Below the pieces are notes generated by a model that was given only the letters and a program-made list of their open reading frames with translations, was not told where the DNA came from and made no database searches. A stretch of 64,000 nucleotides of DNA from positions 310,001 to 374,000 of the forward strand of contig NIVC01000168.1 in the NCBI GenBank assembly GCA_002269645.1, written 5' to 3'. This DNA is from Macrostomum lignano (Eukaryota). The position numbers were made by a program, and so were the translations under genes. Every line of letters begins with the position of its first letter. Position 1 is the first letter of the stretch. This document shows positions 49,801 to 64,000 of the stretch, in pieces.

Positions 49801-50468
49801 ATCGAGCAGCATCCGGTTGAAGAGCTTCGCGACGCAGGACACAGTGAGATCCCGCGGTGGTCTTCTTTCGGCGTTGTCCCTGCTTTCTTCGGGATCGGCA
49901 CGATGTGCGCTACGGTCCAGTCGGTGGGCGCAGGGGCGCCGGTGAGCACGCGGTTCATGACCTGTGACCTGGGAGGCCACACAGCGATCGAGCCGCAGCG
50001 CTTCGACCGGAATTTCGTCGGGGCCGAGCGCCTTGCCGCCTGATGTTTTCCGAGCAAACAGCACAAAGTCCTCCGTGGTGACTGGGCTGGTGCAGAAGTC
50101 CTCTTCAGCTGGGAGCGGCGTGTAGGGAGCACATAAGGAGCACAAACTCCGTAGTGCGCTCCGTCAAAGAACGGAAGGAGACCAAAGAGCGAAAGGAGAC
50201 CAAAGAACAGAAGGAGACCAAAGAGCGGAAGATCAAAGAGCGGACGGAGATCAAGGTAATAATCCAAAAAATACTTACACAACCCAGCTAGAAGCAATAG
50301 CGTCCATAGAAACTTCTTTGCAACACTACTGCTCCTAGTGATATTCGGTATGCCGTGCATGCCGATGTTGGAGCCCCAGCTAGAGGCCAATTCGAGGAAC
50401 GAGTTGCCAGTCTTGGCATCGGGTTCCTTGTGCTCCTCATCCGTTGGAGTTTTCTTTTCAGTTGTCAT
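39350..50468 (-). CDS. DEG/ENaC family sodium channel, paralog 1 (~655 aa, 13 exons)
   Basis: Exons: 50279-50468, 48581-48739, 47790-47975, 47629-47720, 44609-44820, 43824-44094, 43463-43594, 41179-41329, 41027-41096, 40870-40927, 40451-40545, 40251-40359, 39350-39592 (sum 1968 nt, in frame). Motifs: pre-TM1 MHGIPNI, FPAVTVCNQ, HPMYGNCYTFN, thumb Cys cluster, WPS, LSDMGGQVGLWLGLSVLT. The finger-region exon limits are less certain. Confidence 0.92.
39625..40025. repeat. 11-bp minisatellite in the last intron of DEG/ENaC-1
   Basis: (ccgctccctct)n, nearly perfect. Confidence 0.95.
40580..40842. repeat. 16-bp (tgtctgtctgtcttag)n grading into (TCTG)n
   Basis: Read directly from the sequence. Confidence 0.9.
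41634..43260. mobile_element. Non-autonomous hAT (Charlie-like) element containing two minisatellites (8/16 bp at 41810-41965; 23 bp at 42210-43060)
   Basis: Exact 8-bp TSD CTTTAAAC at 41626-41633 and 43261-43268. Imperfect TIRs CAAGGGTTGGCTAAC and (reverse complement) CCGGGATCGGCAAAC. Inverted subterminal AAGCGCGCA / TGCGCGCTT motifs occur near 42000-42070 and 43130-43170. Confidence 0.75.
43675..43817 (-). mobile_element. CORE-SINE copy 3, 5'-truncated (lacks the tRNA head)
   Basis: Matches the 3' half of the other copies and stops about 6 nt from the donor at 43823. Confidence 0.8.
44270..44392. repeat. 15-16-bp minisatellite
   Basis: (ctggtgctaaagccc)n. Confidence 0.85.
44840..45130. 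repeat. (CTGA)n microsatellite
   Basis: Read directly from the sequence. Confidence 0.97.
45146..47605. mobile_element. Foldback-type element: ~1.2-kb inverted arms built of 151-bp tandem units, TTAA-flanked, no transposase
   Basis: About 45151-46359 is the near-perfect reverse complement of about 46520-47572, around a unique spacer near 46360-46440. Termini are CAGTAG...CTACTG, flanked by TTAA at 45142-45145 and 47606-47609. Identical ORFs spaced 151 bp apart (45849, 46000, 46151) confirm the unit length. Confidence 0.9.
48129..48379 (-). mobile_element. CORE-SINE copy 4 (internal deletion in the tRNA head)
   Basis: Same CORE and 3' tail (aaccgacagctcagc) as copy 2. Confidence 0.85.
48880..49105. 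repeat. 18-bp minisatellite (aagagcggaagaagatca)n, with related units again at 50168-50255
   Basis: Generates the ERKKIK-repeat ORF. Related units lie on both sides of the RTE insertion. Confidence 0.9.
49106..50165 (-). mobile_element. Decayed RTE-clade non-LTR retrotransposon fragment in intron 1 of DEG/ENaC-1
   Basis: Frameshifted RT motifs across frames: GKALGPDEIPVE, DWTVAHIVPIPKK..DHRGISL, KLFNRMLLDRL, EQNGFR, QILALRRFIE..VFVEF..GFDSV, LIDAVMALY. These are followed by the RTE-like C-terminal RLQLAGHVIR..G..RRG..RRYVD and a (TTG)n tail at 49108-49122. Confidence 0.85.
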
Positions 50469-51420
50469 TGTATTAGGGAGAAAATTCGAGCAATAGTCAA
50501 AGCGGTTCTGTAGCCGAGTAAGCGGGATCGGGGGGCGGTTTATAATACCCTCATCAAACTGTCTATTGTTGTGTTAGCCAAAATGCAACGTTACCATAGC
50601 AACTAGACTTATAAGCACCAAATTTGGGGTTAATTTAGTTAAGCAGCAAATTTACTGAAGTAGATATAACAGCATCCTCTAATATTGAATGGTCGCTAAA
50701 ACTCTACATAGCTATAATACTAGTTTGACCTCAGCTCTACCCAGAGATTAGTTGTCTTCTAATTAAGTGAGGAATCAGTTAGTTTTGGTCGCCAGCCAGC
50801 TGACTGGGCGCTTCTCTATTTACTCATTTGTTACGATTCTATAGATGCACTCGAGATTTCATAGTTATGGTAGCTATGGACAAACGACTTGCTAATTAAA
50901 TTATCGTTCTAGTTGCAGTACCAGTTTGAATGGTGAAAAATTCCATTCAATACAATACAACAAAAGACCCAAAATTGTCATGAAGAACTGGTTTGGTTTT
51001 ATTAATTAGTAACTTGCTACTCGTTAATGTATTGTTACAACACTCAGAATGACAGGCAACCCATTCATCTAATTATAGTGCTCCTGCATGGCTCCCAGTT
51101 TCCATCGATGTCGAATCGATCTAGTGTACCGGTCCCGCTTATTCAATACCAGCAGCTGAAAGCCTTGAGTTAGAAATCTGACTTTGACTACTTAGAGTAG
51201 GCTACTGATTTTCGAGAGTATAAAGCCTATTTTTTCTAAAATACAACTCAGCCGGGAAGGTGACCGACGTGTCGACGCATTCGATGAACCCGAGGTCAAT
51301 GGAATACTGTGTCGGTGCTCTTATCAATACAGAATTCTATGGCTAAAAGTACATGCATCAAACCTTAACCGTAACTTTTGGACACATGTTACAATTTTAC
51401 ATATCACTTATTTCTTTCAA

Positions 51421-51740
51421 AGGGCCCTGCTTGGACTCAACCGCAGGGACATCAGGGCGGTGAACATGGCACTCTCGCGTCATGGCTGTTTTGCCAGGCA
51501 TCGCCACCTCCAGGGAAAAATCCGCAGTGAGGAATGCCCCTTCTGCCTCTCCGGTGTCGAGAACGCGGAGCACTTCATCTGTGAATGCCCCGCTTTTACT
51601 CAGGACAGGCTCACCTAGCTCGGCCCAAACCCGGACCTCTCCGACGTTTTCAGGCTCGAGAATCTCTGCCAGCTCGTCCGCTACCTAAGGGCTACCGGGC
51701 GAGCGACAATCCACCTCCTTATTCTACGGCGGCACCACCG
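51421..51740 (+). mobile_element. 3' remnant of an I/Loa-group LINE ORF2 (CCHC zinc knuckle), with an in-frame stop
   Basis: Translation: LLGLNRRDIRAVNMALSRHGCFARHRHLQG....CPFCLSGVENAEHFICECPAFTQDRLT*LG. Confidence 0.7.
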
Positions 51741-52642
51741 GAGCTCAGTCAAAGCAAGTAGTTCTTTCAAATCGTACATGTAGTTGAAAGCCCTTAGTCC
51801 ATTGACACGCAGAGAGTACATGTAATTCCTTGAGTATTCAGTGACATGTACATGACGTCTATAAAGTCTACAGGACACGATAATACGACAGCGTTGTCTT
51901 GTTAATACGCATTATCTGTCAGTGAGTTATTATTTTTTAAACAGCAACTATTGGCTTGGTCAATGTAAACGCTTTGATCAAAGTAGGCAGCATTAAGAGC
52001 TTCGGCTTAAGTCAGGGGTCGGCCATTTGCGGGCCGCAAAGCCTATCTCTATCCGGAACTTGGGTACTGTGAAACTTCCACCAAAGCAATCCGGCCATAG
52101 TAAGACCGGAAACTTCATCATAGCAAGGTCTGTGTCGCTTCTAAGCTCTCTTTCTCTCTACTCTATCCCCTTATCATTCTCATCGCTCTTCCCTCTCTTC
52201 AATCTCTCCTCTTCTCTCCCCTCTCTCCTCTCCCTCTCTTCTCTCTCTTGTCTTCATTCCTCTCCTCCTGCTTTTCCCTCTGTTCTCTCACCTCTTCTCT
52301 TCTCTTATCTGTCATATTCTTTTCGCTCGCCGTTCCTTTCTCATCTGGACCGCAGCCGTGAGCTGAATTCTTTACCTGATCTTTCAGGTAGAAAATCTTG
52401 CCGATCCTGGCCTATGTGAAATTATACTTACTCATCTCTGGGCATCTACCTCTGGACCCGAATTTTTCCCTGATTTGCAGACAGCAGTTTAGCACTGCAT
52501 CGGCGCACCCATGGGATACATTGTAAGATTTTGTTTATTTAGACAAATAATGAATAAATTTTAGTTTAGATTAAGTGACAAGTAGTGCCCAAGTCATGTT
52601 CGCTATAAACGGCTTCGTTCCATTCCCGGAGACTGCAGTTTG

Positions 52643-59879
<7,237 letters not shown>

Positions 59880-60518
59880 ATTAAAAAGGTGTAATTTTTA
59901 TCCAGATTTCTAACTTACTCTGGCGGTTTGTAGTTCGTCTCCAAATGCATTTATACCTACACGAAACTCTGCGCTAAATCTATAGATGTGACGTTTCAAT
60001 ACTGACTCAAACCAATCAAAGTAATGGTGCCAGTGTTCGCATTATGTTCAAACAAAACGTATTTCGCATCCGGTACTGCATGCCGGGGCTGAATTGCAAG
60101 GATCAATAATGATAATTACTTGGCAGCACCTGTAAAAATCTATATGAATTGTTCAAATGAATTAAGTTGATTGATGTGATTGATAGGAAACTGTATTAAT
60201 ATGACAGCGATTGTCGCCAAATTTGGTAAAGTAACGGTAGGATAAATTGACGCTTCTGAGTAGACTGTAGATTGTTTGCAGTTTTATTACATAGATTTGA
60301 TATACTTAAACAAATAAATTCGTAAATCTAATTACATAGAAATTTCCGATGTTTGCATGCAAAACAGACAGGGAAGATGCAATAGATACTATAGTGGCTG
60401 TATCCTACACGTCTACTCGTGCGTTCACACAGAAGAGATTAACAGGGTTTGCTAATTTATTGTCAAGCTTTCGTGGAAGCATGAATATTCATCCACTCAT
60501 ATTGATTAATCACTTTAT

Positions 60519-63500
60519 CTAATACTTCTTTTCATTGTCCAAATCTCTCTGACGCCTTGCGTTCACTTTGCGAATAATGATCTGCATCATCTTGTCAGTG
60601 AACACTCGTTTGTCGGATTCTTCCATCTCGTCCAGTTCTCCTTCGCGTAGCACCCTGCCGAATACTTGCCGTTCGGCGTCGCGCATGTCGTCCGTGTGCT
60701 GCACAATGCCAAGTCGAGTTACGTCGTTCAAGACGTCGGTGTGCGCGCCGGAGCCGTGGCAAGCTGAAAAAAAAGCCGGAACATTTTTGTTATTTTAGAC
60801 TATGGGTACATAAAATGGATAATCGAGGACGTTGTTGAGGAATGGTGATGGATCAATGCTGGTGGATTAATAAGGTTTGATGAATAATTTTTATTGAGGA
60901 GCGCTTGATTGATGACTGATAATGAATGCTCTACGAGTATGAGGACTGGTTGATCAATGATGGTGCTTGATGAGGAGCGGTTGATGCTTGATGAGGAGCG
61001 GTTGATGCTTGATGAGTAGCGATTGATGCTTGATGAGTAGCGGTTGATGCTGGATGAGGAGCGGTTGTTCAATGACGATGCTTGATGACGAACGGTTGAT
61101 GCTGGGTGAGGAGCGGTTGATCAATGATGATGCTTGATGAGGAGCGGTTGATCAATGATAATGCTTGGTGAGAAGCGGTTGATAAATGCTGATGCTTGTC
61201 TGAGGAGGTGGCTGATGATATGGAGGATTGGTCGATAAACGATGCGTGATGCAGGGAAGTTTATTAATGTGTGTAAGCAGTTGATGAATGAATGAATGAG
61301 TGACGGCCTGCTAATGAATGGAGTTGCTTTCACATCCTCAGTTCCCTTACCCTTTCTCGCGGCGTGCGCCGTGGCTTCAACCATGCCGACAATCATTTCC
61401 AACGCCTGAGCCTCCGGTTCCAGATCGTGCACCGCATTCTGCGCCTTCTTGTACCAAGGCAGCGGTGAATAGTGCGTTGCTCTGCTAGGCGGCGGCGGGA
61501 ACAGGAACAGCTCGCCAGCTGCCGATTCCCCGGTTGCTGGCCGCTTCCAGCCAGCTGTGCCAAGTCGCTGCGACGCGTCCCCCGCGACGCCTTCCTGTCC
61601 TTGACGCAGCTCCATTCGCAGGCGTCGCATCTCCTCCTCGTGACGCTGTTGATCTTCTAATCGGCGAAGCTTCTCCGCTCGCACCTGCTCGTCGAGGTAT
61701 TCTCGATCACGGCGCAGTCGGATTAGCTCTTCGGCGTCCTCCTTCGCCTGACGTTCCCGTTCGATTCTGAGCGCCTCCTCGGCCGCTTCGCGTTTCACTT
61801 CGCTTCGATGCAGTTCGTCTTCTAAACCGAAGATTCGCTGCTTGTCGGCCTCGCGCTGGACTCGGCGGTGTTCGCGTTCGTCCGACCGGACTCGATCGGT
61901 GCGGCCCTCCTCGACAAGCCACTGGCGCCAATTTGGCTGAATTCCGCCGTCCACGCGACCGGTGTTGGGATCTGTCAGGCAGAGAAAGAGGAAGTGAAGT
62001 GAGGTGAGTAAAATCCAGGTGGAGTGAGGTGAGTAAAATCCAGGTGGAGTGAGGTGGGTGAAGCTAGGCGGAGTGAGGTGGGTGAAGCTAGGCGGAGTGA
62101 GGTGGGTGAAGCTAGGCGAAGTGAGGTGGGTGAAGCTAGGCGGAGTGAGGTGGGTGAAGCTAGGCGAAGTGAGGTGGGTGAAGCTAGGCGGAGTGAGGTG
62201 GGTGAAGCTAGGCGGAGTGAGGTGGGTAAAAGCTAGGCGGAGTGAGGTGCGTGAAGCTAGGCGGAGTGAGGTGGGTAAAAGCTAGGCGGAGTGAAGTGGG
62301 TAAAAGCTAGGCGGAGTGAGGTGGGTAAAGCTTATTTGGTGGTCGACATTTTGAATCTACCACGTAACAGATCAAATTATATTTAAGAAGTCTGATAACA
62401 AAGAATTAAGAGCTCTGCTTACTTTGAGTCGGGTCCAAAATTGGAGCAGTCTTGTCAAAGTTGATCAACCGGTATAGATCGGAAAAGTAGAACCGATTGA
62501 TGAGGTATTGGAAGTCGCGAGCTAGTAGCTTCAGACCCTCGGTTTTCAAAGCCTTTTCAAAGGCTGCCAGCTGTCAAAAATTTGTAAAATTTTATAGCTT
62601 TTGTTTTAAACAAGCGATGGGAATATCACATTGTAGGAAGTGGTGTGGGTGAACAAGATTAGTGTCGCAGCCTTTTATGGGGTTTTGTAGGGATAGTTGT
62701 AGGGAGTGTTGTAGGCAGTGTTGTAGGGATTGTTGTAGGGAGTGTTGTAGGAAATGTTGCAGGGAGTTTTGTTGGGAGTCTTGTAGGGAGTGTTGTTGCA
62801 AGGATGTAAGAAGGTGCTGTAACCCATAATGAAGCATCTTTGAGAAGGTATTCCACACAACGCTCCAATTGTTAAGGTAGATTCTGCAGAGGGGTGTTTC
62901 AAAGTCCTGCAATTAAAGTTGCTCACATTAGCTCCAGCCTTCAGCGGCGCCTTCATCAAGATGAAGTAGCAAGCAACAGCGATGGCCACAAATTCCTCCT
63001 GCAGCCCTGGCATGTCCAAGGACACAACGTACTGATCCCAGATGAACAGCAGGGCGTCCATGCCCAGGATGCCTGCGAAATATGAAATGATGAATTACTT
63101 TCGATTGAAGCTTACTACTTGAACAGAATCTACTCAAACAAAGCAACAACTTATTCTCTGCAATCCAGCAGCATCTCAAATCCTACAATCCAGCATACAA
63201 TCCAGCATCTCAAATCCTGCTAAACAGCATCTCAAATCCTACAATCCATCATCTCAAATCCTACAATCCAGCATCTCAAATCCTACAATCCAGCATTAAA
63301 GATCTAAACGCCCAACTCACCAACAAAGAACGGCTTCAGCAGGGTCTTCATCAGCGGCATCATCGCACCGGCTAGGTACATGTCGTCGTCTTGATCGGAG
63401 AAGTCGGCTCCATGCTCCCGACCCGGCGCCAGGGCAGCGGCAAACACGTTGATAATTTCAGCATCAGCCTGACGGGCCAACGCAATCACTCGAGCAGTGA

Positions 63501-63625
63501 AGTGCTTAAGTGCGGATTCGTTCTCCTCGTGCCCGGTGTCCACCATGAATTTGGGCCGGCCGCTCATGAAGGTGAAGTACTCTTGCACCAGAACTTCTAC
63601 TACAGCTGTTGGCGGCGGTTCATGT
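60519..63625 (-). CDS. 3' part of a gene with a TBC/Rab-GAP-like C-terminal segment and a coiled coil; 5' end beyond the window
   Basis: Phase-consistent exons: 63321-63625, 62927-63072, 62423-62570, 61351-61971, 60519-60763. LLKPFFVGILGMDALLFIWDQY resembles the TBC 'LFV..L...LL.IWD' helix motif. An E/R-rich coiled coil follows. Confidence 0.65.
60930..61180. repeat. ~21-bp degenerate minisatellite
   Basis: (gatgaggagcggttgatgctt)n. Confidence 0.8.
61995..62330. repeat. 24-bp minisatellite
   Basis: (gtgaggtgggtgaagctaggcgga)n. Confidence 0.92.
63160..63300. repeat. ~22-bp minisatellite (a 12-bp array also lies at 62680-62800)
   Basis: (atccagcatctcaaatcctaca)n. Confidence 0.75.
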
Positions 63626-63694
63626 CTGGAAAATGATAAGGCACCGGGAGTAGATGCGACGTTAGAATATGCAAACACACGGATGATGGCATTA

Positions 63695-64000
63695 TAATCA
63701 GGGAGTGACTGACTGACAATAAGGACATCGCAAAATGGCATCGAAATCAGGGAGTAACTGACTGTAAAAACATCGAGAAATGGCATCGAAATCAGGGAGT
63801 GACTGACTGTAAAGACATCGAGAAATGGCATCAAAATCAGGGAGTGACTGACTGTAAAGACATCGAGAAATGGCATCGAAATCAGGGAGTGACTGACTGT
63901 TAAGACATCGAGAAATAGCATCGAAATCAGGGAGTGACTGACTGTTAAGACATCGAGAAATGGCATCGAAATCAGGGAGTGACTGACTGTAAAGACATCG
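63695..64000. repeat. 45-bp minisatellite running off the window end
   Basis: (catcgagaaatggcatcgaaatcagggagtgactgactgtaaaga)n. Confidence 0.9.

Noticed and set aside
49518-50468. 316-aa ORF as a channel-reverse transcriptase fusion protein
   Set aside because: This is channel exon 1 reading through its donor (50278) into an intronic, frameshifted RTE fragment. Normal splicing to 48739 restores TM1.
52015-52411. Charlie-like hAT MITE (CAGGGGTCGGCC...TTGCCGATCCTG)
   Set aside because: The TIRs are imperfect and the putative TSD matches only 6 of 8 positions, which is too weak to list as a feature.

Overview
Eukaryotic (invertebrate animal) genomic DNA with GC-rich exons, AT-rich spacers and a very high load of intronic minisatellites. 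This architecture is consistent with a Macrostomum-like free-living flatworm, but that assignment is inference only. I reconstructed seven spliced genes by hand using GT/AG sites and reading-frame phase. They are: the 3' end of a divergent SLC6-like transporter (+); an orphan ~372-aa gene (-) with a spliced upstream ORF; an ankyrin+armadillo ANKAR-like gene (+); ARPC4 (-); two tandem DEG/ENaC channel paralogs (-) with five exons of identical length; and the 3' part of a TBC-like/coiled-coil gene (-). Mobile DNA includes five copies of a tRNA-derived CORE-SINE, three non-autonomous DNA elements with exact 8-bp target duplications (two carry internal minisatellites), a 2.46-kb foldback element built from 151-bp repeats inside a channel intron, a decayed RTE LINE and an I/Loa-group LINE tail. 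The observations most worth following up are the foldback hairpin, the clustering of unrelated minisatellite periods at 20-24 bp, transposon-borne minisatellites, a furin site plus mucin insert in one channel paralog, a GC-AG intron, a nested small ORF with a BAD-like BH3/PKA motif, a ~100-copy CCAAT-box array, and enrichment of TACATGTA upstream of genes. Most long ORFs in the supplied track are artefacts of stop-free tandem repeats.
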